NCBI GenBank assembly: GCA_963848295.1
Contig: CAWKDB010000002.1
Location: forward strand, 1,443,161-1,507,160
Origin: an uncultured delta proteobacterium
GTDB lineage: Bacteria; Myxococcota_A; Polyangia; Haliangiales; Haliangiaceae
Direction: 5' to 3'
Length of the DNA stretch: 64,000 nt
The number at the start of each line of letters is the position of its first letter. Within the stretch, counting starts at the first letter, position 1. The notes beneath the pieces were generated by a model. It did no database searches. It saw only the letters and a list, made by a program, of their open reading frames with translations, and was not told where the DNA came from. Shown piece after piece: positions 33,307 to 43,929 of the stretch. The translations under genes and the position numbers were made by a program.

Positions 33307-34521
33307 GTCAAGCCGTCAAGATCGCGTCCCGCCTCGATCCGATCAAGCCGTCGATCACGCTCGCGGTCACCGCGAAGGCCGCGCGGCTCAAGGCCGACGG
33401 GATCGACGTCGTCAGCTTCGGCGCGGGCGAGCCTGACTTCGACACGCCGGACCACATCAAAGACGCGGCGCGCGAATCGCTCGGCAAAGGCGTCGGCAAG
33501 TACACCGAGGTCGCCGGCATCGCGGCGCTGCGCAAAGCGGTCGCGACCGAGCTGACGCGCGTCCACAACGCGAAGATCGATCCGGCGGACGTGCTCGTGT
33601 CATGCGGTGCGAAGCACTCGCTGTTCAACCTCATTATGGCGCTGCTCGATCCGGGCGACGAGGTCCTCGTCCCGGCGCCGTATTGGGTCAGCTACCCCGA
33701 CATGATCATGCTCGCGGGCGGCAAGCCGGTCATCGTCCCCGCGCGCGCGGACGACGACTTCGCGGTCACCGCCGCCCAGGTCGCCGCTGCATGCACCGCG
33801 AAGACCCGCGCGATCGTGCTCAACAACCCATCGAACCCGACCGGCGCCGTCTACACCCGCGCGCAGATCGAGGCACTCGCCGAGGTCGTCGTCGCGAAGA
33901 ACCTGCTCGTGATCTCCGACGATATCTATCGCCAGCTCGTCTACGCCGGCGCGGAGTACGTCTCGATCGCGGCGGTGTCAGCGGCGCTCGCCGATCGCAC
34001 GATCCTCATCGACGGTGCGTCGAAGACCTATGCGATGACCGGTTGGCGCATCGGTTACGCCGGAGTCACCGCCGCGCTGTCGCCGATCATCAAGGCGATG
34101 AGCAAGATCCAGGGCCAGTCGACGTCGAACCCGACGCACATCGCGCAGATCGCGGCGCTCGCCGCGCTCACCGGGCCGCAAGCCTGCGTCGAGGTGATGC
34201 GGCGCGCGTTCGACGAGCGGCGGATCGAGATGGTGAGGCTGCTGCGCGCGATCCCCGGCATCTCTTGCCGCGAGCCGAAGGGCGCGTTCTACGCGTTCCC
34301 GGATCTGTCGAGCTTCGTCGGCAAGAAGCTCTCCGGACGGGAAGCGCCTGGCGACCGACGTGGAGCTCTGCGACTGGCTGCTCGATGCCGGCAAGGTCGC
34401 CGTCGTGCCGGGCTCGGGGTTCGGTGCACCGGGCCACGTCCGGCTGTCGTATGCGTGCAGCATGGCGAACATCAAAGAAGGCGTCGACCGCCTGGCCAAG
34501 TCGCTCGCGACGCTGAGCTGA
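33303..34521 (+). CDS. aspC: Class I/II PLP-dependent aspartate aminotransferase (apparent frameshift ~34340)
   Basis: [53 protein letters not shown]-terminus [17 protein letters not shown] in another frame. Confidence 0.9.
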
Positions 34522-34563
34522 TCACGGGCGTTATCTACGACCGCTCTCGCGTTGCGAAGCGCG

Positions 34564-35328
34564 TCACTCCGGCGTGAACGAGACCATCACCGCCGCCCAC
34601 GACGACATCCCTGTCAGCGTCAAGCTCGCGTCGACCGCGCCGACCGGGACGCTCGCGTCGGCGCTGAACAGCGGGACGGTGACACCGCTGGCATCGGTCG
34701 CGATCGCTTCGATCTGGAACGGCGGATCGATCGCCTCGTTGACAGTGTTGTCGTGGGCGAGCGCGATGACGATCCGCTCGCCGTCGACCGTGTCGACGAG
34801 CGGACCGACGTCGACCTCGTCGGGATCGTTCGCGCCCGGCCCGTTCGTCTCCGTCGCGCTATCGAATGGCATCGCCGCGGCGCCGTCGTAATCGTGGAGG
34901 ATCAGTGACGCCTCCGAGTTGCCGAGATTACTGAGGTCGGTCGCGAGCACGACGGTCAGCGGGCCAGCCGACTTCGCGGTCGCGTAATAGAGCGAGACGA
35001 TGCTGTTGTCCTTGGAGCTCGCCGTCGTCGCGAGATGATAGTCATCGGAGTCCGAGTCGGTGACCCCGTGCGAGTCGCCTTCGAAGGTCGCGACGGCCGC
35101 GACGATCAGGTCGCCCTCGCCGACCGCATTGTCGAACGAGAGGGGCGTCGGCGGGTCGTCGTGATGCCACGCATGGCTCGTGGTCTGGACGAGATGGATG
35201 CCCGGCCCCGGCGCCACGGTCGGCGCATCCGCGAACCCTTTCGGCTGGACATCGAACACGCGCTGGCATCCCATGCTCGCGAGGACGCCAGCGAGCACGG
35301 TCACAGCCCCACGGCACATCCCCTTCAC
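34564..35328 (-). CDS. Hypothetical lipoprotein
   Basis: Lipobox SMGC; GDLIVAAV repeat-like segments; ends SWAAVMVSF. Confidence 0.65.
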   Translation of the reverse strand: MKGMCRGAVTVLAGVLASMGCQRVFDVQPKGFADAPTVAPGPGIHLVQTTSHAWHHDDPPTPLSFDNAVGEGDLIVAAVATFEGDSHGVTDSDSDDYHLATTASSKDNSIVSLYYATAKSAGPLTVVLATDLSNLGNSEASLILHDYDGAAAMPFDSATETNGPGANDPDEVDVGPLVDTVDGERIVIALAHDNTVNEAIDPPFQIEAIATDASGVTVPLFSADASVPVGAVDASLTLTGMSSWAAVMVSFTPE

Positions 35329-35345
35329 TATATAACACCAGCTCG

Positions 35346-37907
35346 ATGAATCGTGAGTTCGCGTTCCCCGGCACCCGTCCGCACTTCGCGCGAGACCGCG
35401 TCATCGACATCCAGCACATCGCGCTCGAGCTCGAGCTCGATCCCGCAGCGCGCTCGATCACCGGCACCGCGACCTTGCGCGGCGTCGTGCTCGCCGCGGG
35501 GACGCGAGTCATCGAGCTCGATGCGGTCGAGCTCGCGATCGACAAGGTCAGCGTCAACGGCGCGACCGCGCGGTTCCGCCACGACGGCAAGACGTTGCAG
35601 ATCGAGCTCGGCGTCGCGGTCGCCGCCGGCGCGACCCTGACGTTGGCGATCGCGTATCACGGCTCGCCGCGGCGGGGGATCTACTTCATCGCGCCCGACG
35701 AGGGTTACCCGAACAAGCCGACGCAGATCTGGACGCAAGGCCAGGACGAGGACAGCCGCTACTGGTTCCCGTGCTTCGACTCGCCGCACGAGAAAGCGAC
35801 GAGCGAGGTCACGGTCACCGTGCCCGCACCGATGTTCGCGCTGTCGAACGGCGTGCTCGTCGCCGATCGCACGGTCGGCGGCAAGCGTACGTTGCACTGG
35901 CGGCTCGATATCCCGCACAGCTGTTACCTCATCACGCTCGCGGTCGGCGACTTCGCGACGATCGAGACCGCGTGGCGCCATGTCCCGGTCGTGTACTACT
36001 GCGCGCGCGGTCGCGAAGCCGCGGCCGAGCGCACGCTCGCACGCACGCCGCAGATGATCGAGCTGTTCTCGAAGAAGTTCGGCGTGCCCTTCCCGTATCC
36101 GCAATACGCGCAGGTGTTCGTCGGCGACTTCATCTTCGGCGGCATGGAGAACACGAGCGCGACGACGATCACCGATACCGTGCTGCTCGACGAACGCGCC
36201 GCGCTCGATTACGACGTCGATGCGCTCGTCGCGCACGAGCTGACTCATCAGTGGTTCGGCGATCTCGTGACGTGCCGCGATTGGGGCGAAGGCTGGCTCA
36301 ACGAAGGGTTCGCGACGTACGGCGAGTACCTGTGGCGCGAGCATCACGAAGGTCGCGACGCCGCAGACCTCGAGCTCGAGGACTGGGCTAGCACGTATTT
36401 CGGCGAGGACTCCGAGCGCTACCGTCGCACGATCGCGACGAAGCTCTACGACGAGCCGATCGATGTCTTCGATCACCACCTCTACGACAAGGGTGGGCGC
36501 GTGCTGCACATGCTGCGCGACCTACTCGGCGACGAGGCGTTCGGCAAGACCCTCGCGCACTACCTGACCAAGCATCGCCATGGGCTCGTCGAATCGCGCG
36601 ACCTCGCCCGCGCGGTCGAGGACGCGACCGGCAAGGTCCTCGACTGGTTCTTCAGCCAGTGGGTCATCGATGGCGCGGGCCACCCCGAGCTCGACATCTC
36701 GATCAGCTGGGACAGCGAGCACAACCTCGCGCAGGTCGCGATCGAACAGAAACAGAAGGTCGAGCACGCGACGCCGTTGTTCCGCGTGCCGACCCGGATG
36801 CGGTTTCGCGTCGGCGATCGCGATCTCGACGTCGCGATCGAGCTGACCGAGCGCAACCAGACGTTCCGCATCCCGCTCGCCGCGGAGCCGACGCAAGCGA
36901 TCTTCGATCCGGGTCGGATCGTGCTCGCGCAGCGCAAGATCGACAAGCCCGAGCCGCTGTGGACCGCCGAGCTCGCCAGCGCGACCCTCGCGATCGATCG
37001 GATCGCGGCTGCGACCGCGCTCGCGAAGCGCGGGGGGCCGGCCGCGGAGCACGCGCTCGGCATCGCGCTCGAACGCGACCCGTTCTGGGCGGTGCGGGGA
37101 GCCGCCGCGACTGGCCTCGGCCGGCTGCGCACGCCGACCGCGCGCGACCACCTCATCAACCGGATCGCCGCCGAGCTCCACCCGCGGGCGCGCCGCGCGA
37201 TCGTCCGAGCGCTCGGCGAGTTCACTCACGATGTCGCCGCCGGCGATGCGCTCGCCCAGGTCGTGCAGCGCGGCGATGCGAGCTACTTCGTCGAGGCCGA
37301 GGCGTGTCTCGCGCTCGGACGGACGCGGTCGCCGCGCGCGAGCGAGTTGTTGCGCAACGCCGCGAGCCGCGACTCGTTCACCGACGTGATCCGCCAACAC
37401 GCCTATCGCGGCCTCGCCGAGGCGCGTGACGACAGCGCGATCGGTCTGCTCGTCGAAGCGACGCGCTGGGGTCGACCAACCCAGGGCCGGCGCGCCGCCG
37501 CGACCGCGTTGGCGATCCTGCTACACGGCCGCCGTGATCGCGAAGCGCGCGACGTGCGCGAGCGGCTCGAGCTGCTGCTCGCCGACAAAGACTTCCGCGT
37601 TCAGGCCGCGGCGGTCGAAGCGCTCGTCCAGCTCGGCGATCCGGCCGCGATCCCCGCGATCACGCGGATGATCGAGCGCGAGCTCGATGGCCGGCTGCGC
37701 CGCCGAGGCCGCGAGGTGATCCGCGATCTCGGCGAAGGCTCGCCGCTCGCGGATGACGTCAAGCGACTGCGCGACGAGGTAGGCGAGCTGCGCGCCGCCG
37801 CCACCGCGTTACGCGATCGGCTCGACCTGCTGGACGCGAAGAAGAAGCCGGCGGTGAAGCCGAGCGCGAAGCAGTCGGGGAAAAACAAAAAGAAAAAGAA
37901 GCGTTAG
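35346..37907 (+). CDS. pepN: M1 family aminopeptidase with C-terminal HEAT repeats
   Basis: WFPCFDSP, GGMEN, HELTHQWFGDLVT...WLNEGF (HExxH-18-E), YDKG; HEAT-like tail. Confidence 0.93.
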   Translation: MNREFAFPGTRPHFARDRVIDIQHIALELELDPAARSITGTATLRGVVLAAGTRVIELDAVELAIDKVSVNGATARFRHDGKTLQIELGVAVAAGATLTLAIAYHGSPRRGIYFIAPDEGYPNKPTQIWTQGQDEDSRYWFPCFDSPHEKATSEVTVTVPAPMFALSNGVLVADRTVGGKRTLHWRLDIPHSCYLITLAVGDFATIETAWRHVPVVYYCARGREAAAERTLARTPQMIELFSKKFGVPFPYPQYAQVFVGDFIFGGMENTSATTITDTVLLDERAALDYDVDALVAHELTHQWFGDLVTCRDWGEGWLNEGFATYGEYLWREHHEGRDAADLELEDWASTYFGEDSERYRRTIATKLYDEPIDVFDHHLYDKGGRVLHMLRDLLGDEAFGKTLAHYLTKHRHGLVESRDLARAVEDATGKVLDWFFSQWVIDGAGHPELDISISWDSEHNLAQVAIEQKQKVEHATPLFRVPTRMRFRVGDRDLDVAIELTERNQTFRIPLAAEPTQAIFDPGRIVLAQRKIDKPEPLWTAELASATLAIDRIAAATALAKRGGPAAEHALGIALERDPFWAVRGAAATGLGRLRTPTARDHLINRIAAELHPRARRAIVRALGEFTHDVAAGDALAQVVQRGDASYFVEAEACLALGRTRSPRASELLRNAASRDSFTDVIRQHAYRGLAEARDDSAIGLLVEATRWGRPTQGRRAAATALAILLHGRRDREARDVRERLELLLADKDFRVQAAAVEALVQLGDPAAIPAITRMIERELDGRLRRRGREVIRDLGEGSPLADDVKRLRDEVGELRAAATALRDRLDLLDAKKKPAVKPSAKQSGKNKKKKKR

Positions 37908-38869
37908 TCCGCGACGAGCTCGGCGACCAGGCCGTCCAGGGTCTTGCGCGCTCGCTCCATCTCGTCGCGGCGCAGCGTCACCCCGCCGACCGCCGCGTGG
38001 CCGCCGCCGCCGTAGCGCGCGCACATCGCGCCGATGTCGTGGCGCCGCGGCTTCGAGGTCCACGGGTTGACCCCGACCGAGATCTTGATCGTCGTGTCGG
38101 TCGACGTGCCCGACACGGCGTAGCGACACGCCGGATACAGCAGGTAACCCAGAAACCCGGGGCTGCGCGCGCCGACGTCGTCGAACCGATCGAACACGAT
38201 GACGTCGTCGTGCCAGACGCCGAGCTTTCGGACGTCGGTCAGCTCTTGCGCGCGCTCGGCCTCGACCTTGGCGAGCTGCGCCGCGATGTCCGGCCGGGCC
38301 GCGAGCTCGGCGAGTGACGCGTGCGACAACCACTCCACATACTGCGCGGTATCGACCGGCGTCCGGCCGTGCGCGAGCCATGCCGCGAGCCGCTGCGCGG
38401 GTTGCTGCAACGCGACCGCGTCTGCGGCGGAGTCGAACTGCGCCGCATCGATCTTGTCGGCCCACGTCACCGCGTCGACCAGATGCGGCGGCGGCTGCCA
38501 ATCCCAACCCGCGGCGAGCCGGCGTGCGATCAAGCCCGCGCACGACGGCGCGGTCGGATCGAAGAACCACGTCGGCGCGTGGACCCGGTCGAACACCTCG
38601 CGCAGCGCCGGCGGTTGAAACGCGGTCGGGTGGTGATCGAACCACCACCGCATCTTCGGGTCGGCGCAGAACCGGAAGTCGACGCAGGCGTGATCGTCGG
38701 CATCGAGCGGGACGCCGTCGAACGGATCGCCATCGCGGTGGACCATGCCGATCGGCTTGACCACGACGTCTGGCGCGATGACGTCGCGATAAAACGCCGC
38801 GAACAACGCGGCGGAAGTCGTGCCGTCGAAGCAAGCGTCGTGAAAGAACAGCTTGAGGAGCCGGGCCAC
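37904..38869 (-). CDS. DHH family phosphoesterase
   Basis: FFHDACFDG, VDF, FDHH, GGGHAAVGG (DHHA1). Confidence 0.85.
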   Translation of the reverse strand: MARLLKLFFHDACFDGTTSAALFAAFYRDVIAPDVVVKPIGMVHRDGDPFDGVPLDADDHACVDFRFCADPKMRWWFDHHPTAFQPPALREVFDRVHAPTWFFDPTAPSCAGLIARRLAAGWDWQPPPHLVDAVTWADKIDAAQFDSAADAVALQQPAQRLAAWLAHGRTPVDTAQYVEWLSHASLAELAARPDIAAQLAKVEAERAQELTDVRKLGVWHDDVIVFDRFDDVGARSPGFLGYLLYPACRYAVSGTSTDTTIKISVGVNPWTSKPRRHDIGAMCARYGGGGHAAVGGVTLRRDEMERARKTLDGLVAELVAD

Positions 38870-38937
38870 TCGAACGCAGCCATCATACCCACGAGATCTG
38901 CCCCGCGCGACGTGGGGTGAGGTGTTACAACCGGCGC

Positions 38938-39381
38938 ATGTCCCCTGCTACGTACTCCTGGGTCCTGGCGGGCCACCTGATCGGCGTCGTCCTGTGGATG
39001 GGCGCGCTGTTCGCGGTCTACTGGTTGCTGCGCGTCCATGCGCACGCGCCCAAGGACGTGCACGACAAGCTGACGCTGATGGAGCGATCGCTCGCGATGT
39101 CGATGGACATCGCCGCTGCGGCGGCGATCGGCTGCGGCCTCGCGATGTCGCTGTCGCCGGTCAACCTGTTCAAGGTCACCGATACCAACAAGCCGTGGCT
39201 GCACATCAAGCTCACGCTCGTCGTGCTCGCGATCCTTTCAGTCCACGGCATGGTTCGCGCGCGGGTCAAGAAGTTCAGCCAAGGCAAGGTCACGCCGATG
39301 CCGCAATGGGCGTGGAGCTTGCTGCTCGTCGGGATCGTCGGCGCGATCATCTGCGCGACGACGAAGCTCAACGCGTTCTGA
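38938..39381 (+). CDS. HemJ/CopD-like membrane protein
   Basis: HLIGVVLWMGALF, MERSL, WLHIKLTLV; 4 TM helices. Confidence 0.7.
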   Translation: MSPATYSWVLAGHLIGVVLWMGALFAVYWLLRVHAHAPKDVHDKLTLMERSLAMSMDIAAAAAIGCGLAMSLSPVNLFKVTDTNKPWLHIKLTLVVLAILSVHGMVRARVKKFSQGKVTPMPQWAWSLLLVGIVGAIICATTKLNAF

Positions 39382-39402
39382 GCAGCGAGCTACACTCCGT
39401 TC

Positions 39403-40605
39403 GTGCGCACGATCCTGCACGTCGACCTGGATGCGTTCTACGCCGCGGTCGAGCAGCGGGATGATCCGGCGCTGCGCGGTAAGCCCGTGCTGGTCGGTGG
39501 CTCGGCGCGCCGCGGCGTCGTCGCGTCGTGCTCGTACGAAGCGCGCAAGTTCGGGATCAAGAGCGCGATGCCGATGGCCGAGGCGCTGCGCCGGTGCCCT
39601 CGCGCGATCGTCGTGCGCCACCGCATGGATCGCTATGCCGACGCGTCGCGCTTGTTCTTCAAGATCCTCGGCGACTTCTCGCCCGAGGTCGAAGGGTTGT
39701 CGCTCGACGAGGCGTTCCTCGACGTCACCGGCAGCGAGCGCTTGCTCGGCGACGGCGCGACGATCGGACGCGCGATCAAGCAGCGGGTGCGCGCGGAGCT
39801 CGAGCTCGTCGCGTCGGTCGGCGTCGCGCCGATCAAGTTCGCGGCGAAGATCGCCTCGGACATCGATAAGCCCGACGGGCTCCGCGTCGTGCCGGCCGAT
39901 CAGTTGCTCGAGTTTCTCCACGCGTTGCCGGTGACCCGGCTCTGGGGCGTCGGCGAGACCACGCGCCAGATCCTGTCGACGATGGGGCTCTCGACGATCC
40001 GCGACGTCGCGCGCTATCCCGAAGCGGCGCTGATCGCTCGGCTCGGTCCGGTGACCGGGCAACACCTCGCGGCGCTCGCGCGCGGCGACGATCCGCGCGG
40101 CGTCGTGTCCGAGCGCGACCAGGTCTCGATCGGTCACCAGGAGACGTTCGACGAGGACCTCGACGACAAGGGCGAGCTCGCCGTGCTGTTGCTCGATCAG
40201 GCCGATCGCGTCGCGGTGCGGTTGCGTGACTCCGAGCTGCGCGCGCGCGTCGTGGTCCTCATCATCAAGTACGACGAGCACGATCCCAACAGCCGGATGG
40301 GGTTCAAGCAGATCACGCGGCGCATGACGCTGGACGCGCCGACCAGCGACGGCGGCGTGCTCGCGCGCACCGCGATCGAGCTGCTCGCGAAGGTGCCGAT
40401 CGAACCGAGCCGCGGCCACCGCGTTCGGCTGTGCGGCATCTCGACGACCGATCTCGTGCCGCGCGATGCCCCGCGCCAGCTCGGCTTCGACGAGGCGGAT
40501 CGCGCGAGAGGTGAACGGCTCGGCGAGACGATCGACAAGGTCGCCGCGAAGTTCGGCAAAGGCCTGATCAAGCGCGCCGTGCACCTACCCGACGAGGACA
40601 AATAG
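39403..40605 (+). CDS. dinB: DNA polymerase IV
   Basis: [42 protein letters not shown]. Confidence 0.96.
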   Translation: MRTILHVDLDAFYAAVEQRDDPALRGKPVLVGGSARRGVVASCSYEARKFGIKSAMPMAEALRRCPRAIVVRHRMDRYADASRLFFKILGDFSPEVEGLSLDEAFLDVTGSERLLGDGATIGRAIKQRVRAELELVASVGVAPIKFAAKIASDIDKPDGLRVVPADQLLEFLHALPVTRLWGVGETTRQILSTMGLSTIRDVARYPEAALIARLGPVTGQHLAALARGDDPRGVVSERDQVSIGHQETFDEDLDDKGELAVLLLDQADRVAVRLRDSELRARVVVLIIKYDEHDPNSRMGFKQITRRMTLDAPTSDGGVLARTAIELLAKVPIEPSRGHRVRLCGISTTDLVPRDAPRQLGFDEADRARGERLGETIDKVAAKFGKGLIKRAVHLPDEDK

Positions 40606-40684
40606 CCGCCCGAGCTTGCCGTTTGGGGCCCGAGGGGCGCCTGGTCGCGCGAACGGGGTTTCGGGCTGTTTGCCGGGCTTTTTC

Positions 40685-40715
40685 GGTTCCCACAACGAGC
40701 CGATGACGTGTCATA
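40685..40715 (+). promoter_or_regulatory. Possible ECF-type promoter upstream of the caspase-ECF operon
   Basis: GGTTCCCA followed 14 bp later by CGTGTC in an AT-richer intergenic segment. Inference only. Confidence 0.2.
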
Positions 40716-40731
40716 GGGGCGAAAGGCCGTC

Positions 40732-42357
40732 ATGATCCGACACCTCGTTCCCCTCGCCGCCCTCGCGCTCGTCGCCGCGCCCGCGGTGGCTCACGCCGAT
40801 GATGCCGTCGCGACGTACGCGCTGATCATCGGCTCGAACGCGGGCGGCCCCGGCCAAGCCGCGCTGCACTTCGCCGAAGATGACGCGCACGATGTCGCGA
40901 ACGTGCTCGGCGAGCTCGGCGGCGTGACGCCGGCCGCGATCGACGTCGTCCTTCATCCGACGCCCGATACGGTGCGCGATCGGATCACGAAGCTCGCCGA
41001 TCGGGTCGCAGCCGATGCCGCCGCCGGCCGGCAGAGTCGCGTGATCTTCTACTACAGCGGTCATGCGCGCGCGTCGGCGATCGATCTCGGCGGCGATCAG
41101 CTTCCGCTCGACGAGCTGCGCCAGCGGTTATTCGCGATTCCCGCGACGCTCACCGTCGTCGTGCTCGATGCCTGCCAGAGCGGCGCGTTCTCGCGGATCA
41201 AGGGCGCAGCGCCCGCGGCCGATTTCTCGTTCAGCTCGCGCGAGCATCTCAGTGCCAGCGGCGTCGCGGTGCTCGCATCATCGAGTGGCACCGAGCTCTC
41301 GCAAGAGAGCGAGCAGCTCAAGTCGTCGTACTTCACGTACAACTTGCTGGTCGGCCTGCGCGGCGCCGGCGACGAGAACGGCGATGGCCAGGTCTCGCTC
41401 GACGAGGCGTATCGCTACGCGTATCACCAGACGTTGCTCGCGACCGCCGATACGGCGGTCGGCGGCCAGCACGTCACGTTCGAGGCCGACCTCAAGGGCC
41501 ATGGCGAGGTCGCGCTGTCGTTCCCTCGCGCCGCGACGTCGGCGATCATCTTGCCGGCCAAGCTCGAAGGCCAGACGTTGGTCGAGAACAAGCGAGCGCA
41601 CGTCGTCGTCGCCGAGACGTACAAGGCGAAAGGCGCCCCCGTGCGCATCGCGGTCGCGCCGGGCGAGTACGAGGTGCTCGTCCGCCACGGCGATCAGCTG
41701 TCGCGCTGCGAGCTCGGCGGCGGCGGTGAGGTCGATCTCGAGCGCTGCTCGACCGAGTCCGTGCGCGCGACCGCGATCAAGGGCGGCGGCTTCGAGCGCC
41801 CGACGCGGATCGAAGTCGGCTTTCTGCTCGGCGGCGACAACAGCGACGGCTACACCGATAACCTGACCGCGTTCGGCTATAGCCAGGACTTGGTGCCGAT
41901 CAGCGCTGGCGTGTCGATGACCGGGTTGCGCCAGATCACGCCGCGCTGGTGGGCCGGCGGGCTACTCGCCGCCGACAACCTGCCCTCGTGGTACCGCACG
42001 GTGCCAGGCAGTACTGCGACGCAGGAGCTCGACTGGCGCACGTATACGATCGCCGCGGTCGCGCGTGCCGAGCAACCGATCGGCGGCGGCGTCTCGCTCT
42101 ACGCGCAGCTCACCGCAGGGCTCGGCATCGGCCAGACGTCTCTCAAAGGCGCGGACAACATGACGTACGACCACACGACCGAGGGTCCTGCGTTCTCGGC
42201 CGGTGCCGGCTTTCACTTCCAGCCGCGGATCTTCCGTGGCATCGGTGCGTCGGTCGGCTGGCAATACGATTACGCACCGGTCGTCAAGGACTTGATCGGC
42301 AACACCCACGACGCCGGCGGCGTCCGCGCCACGTGGGCGCTCACCTACGGGTTCTAG
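40732..42357 (+). CDS. Secreted caspase-family (C14) protein with C-terminal beta-barrel-like domain
   Basis: Signal peptide ending AHA; YYSGHA (His) and VLDACQSG (Cys) dyad; C-terminal amphipathic strands ending TYGF. Confidence 0.85.
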   Translation: MIRHLVPLAALALVAAPAVAHADDAVATYALIIGSNAGGPGQAALHFAEDDAHDVANVLGELGGVTPAAIDVVLHPTPDTVRDRITKLADRVAADAAAGRQSRVIFYYSGHARASAIDLGGDQLPLDELRQRLFAIPATLTVVVLDACQSGAFSRIKGAAPAADFSFSSREHLSASGVAVLASSSGTELSQESEQLKSSYFTYNLLVGLRGAGDENGDGQVSLDEAYRYAYHQTLLATADTAVGGQHVTFEADLKGHGEVALSFPRAATSAIILPAKLEGQTLVENKRAHVVVAETYKAKGAPVRIAVAPGEYEVLVRHGDQLSRCELGGGGEVDLERCSTESVRATAIKGGGFERPTRIEVGFLLGGDNSDGYTDNLTAFGYSQDLVPISAGVSMTGLRQITPRWWAGGLLAADNLPSWYRTVPGSTATQELDWRTYTIAAVARAEQPIGGGVSLYAQLTAGLGIGQTSLKGADNMTYDHTTEGPAFSAGAGFHFQPRIFRGIGASVGWQYDYAPVVKDLIGNTHDAGGVRATWALTYGF

Positions 42358-42365
42358 AGGCCACC

Positions 42366-43463
42366 ATGAACAGCAAACTTGCATCGCTTCTAGTGCTCGC
42401 AGCCGCCGCTTCACAGCTCGGCTCGACCGACTGCGGCCAAGTGCTGCGCGATCCCGGCTTCGATTTGTGGTGCGGCGATTCGCTGTGCGCGTGGGCGCTC
42501 GAGCGCGGCGACATCGCGCGCGTCGCGACCTGGGATGCCGGAGATCCCGGCGTGGCGTTCGTCGGCGACGATGTCGCGATCGAGCAGCTCTCGCCGGTCA
42601 CCTCGAGCGACGGCACGTGCATCAAGTTCCAGATGATCGCGAACATCGACGACAACGCCGCCGTGATGTTCAACATCGACCTCGAGGGCGACGGTACGGT
42701 CGAACGCAGCGAGCAGCTACCGACGTCGAACTGGAAGCCGTTGTCGTACGAGCTCAAGATTCAGGCACCGTTCGACGGCATCCGATTCGAGCTCGCGAAG
42801 ACCGGCGCGGGTAGCGCGGTCGTCGCCGAGATCCAGGCGACGATCGACGACGCGGCGAACTGCAGCGGGCTCCAGCCGATCATCGCCGCGCCGCGCAATG
42901 ACGGAGCTGCATGCGAAGCGGACGGCGATTGCCGATCAGGGATCTGCAACGGCATCTGCGAGAGCTGCAACTCGGCGCTCGAGGCCGCGTGCCCGTCCGG
43001 ATCGACGTGCGGCTACGAGCCGCCGACGTCGCCGGTGCTCGCGTCGTCGTACGTCTGCGTGCCGAACGGGACCAAGCAGCTCGGCGACAACTGCCTCCAG
43101 CAAGAGGAGTGCGCGACCGGCATCTGCACCGGCGTGTGCTCGACCTGCGTCGATAGCGCTGGCTGCCCGAACGGCGAGACGTGCGGGCAAGCGTGGATGA
43201 CGTCGACCACCGACGGCATCCTCGGAGCGACCGGTCCGAGCGTGTGCGCGCCGAACGGCATGATGCAAGTGGCGGGCGGCCCGTGCGCGAGCGACGATGA
43301 CTGTGCGTCGAGCTCGTGCGTCGGCACGGTGCGCAAGCAATGCGACGATGGTCGCGCATGTGGGACCGCTGCCGATTGTCCGTTCGATACCGAGCCCGAC
43401 GAGAACGGATTGCAGAACGGACCGTGTAATACCGTCGGCGTACAAGGTGGAAGCTGTCAGTGA
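42366..43463 (+). CDS. Cys-rich secreted protein
   Basis: MNSKLASLL signal; many CxxDxDCxSGxC repeats. Confidence 0.75.
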   Translation: MNSKLASLLVLAAAASQLGSTDCGQVLRDPGFDLWCGDSLCAWALERGDIARVATWDAGDPGVAFVGDDVAIEQLSPVTSSDGTCIKFQMIANIDDNAAVMFNIDLEGDGTVERSEQLPTSNWKPLSYELKIQAPFDGIRFELAKTGAGSAVVAEIQATIDDAANCSGLQPIIAAPRNDGAACEADGDCRSGICNGICESCNSALEAACPSGSTCGYEPPTSPVLASSYVCVPNGTKQLGDNCLQQEECATGICTGVCSTCVDSAGCPNGETCGQAWMTSTTDGILGATGPSVCAPNGMMQVAGGPCASDDDCASSSCVGTVRKQCDDGRACGTAADCPFDTEPDENGLQNGPCNTVGVQGGSCQ

Positions 43464-43929
43464 CCCGTCCGCGGCGTACCGCGCGTTTGGCCCCGCCCTC
43501 GTGCGCAAGGCCGAGCGCATCCTCCGCAATCGCGAGGACGCCGCCGATGTCGTGCATGCCCTGTTCGTCGATCTGATTCCTCGCTGGAGCAGAGACGTGG
43601 ACCTGCCCTACCTCTATAGAGCCGTGACCAATCGCTGCCTGAACGCGATGCGCGACCAGGCGACTCGGGCTCGACTCCTCGCTCGCGAGCATGTCGCGGT
43701 GGCGCCGATGGCGCGCGTCCGACTCGACGACGAGATCGTCGGGCTCGGTCTGATCGCCGCGCTCGCCGACCAGCTCGACGACGGCCATCTCGAGGTGCTC
43801 GTCGCGCGCTTCGTCGACGACATGACGCAAGACGAGATCGCCGCTCACCTCGGCTTGTCGCGCAAGACGATCGGCAAGCGGCTCGATCGGATCCGGCAAG
43901 CCGCGCAAGCGCTGCGGGAGGTCGCATGA
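43447..43929 (+). CDS. ECF RNA polymerase sigma factor
   Basis: DAADVVHALF, YLYRAVTNRCLNAMR (region 2), MTQDEIAAHLGLSRKTI (region 4 HTH); GTG start inferred. Confidence 0.88.
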   Translation: MEAVSDPSAAYRAFGPALVRKAERILRNREDAADVVHALFVDLIPRWSRDVDLPYLYRAVTNRCLNAMRDQATRARLLAREHVAVAPMARVRLDDEIVGLGLIAALADQLDDGHLEVLVARFVDDMTQDEIAAHLGLSRKTIGKRLDRIRQAAQALREVA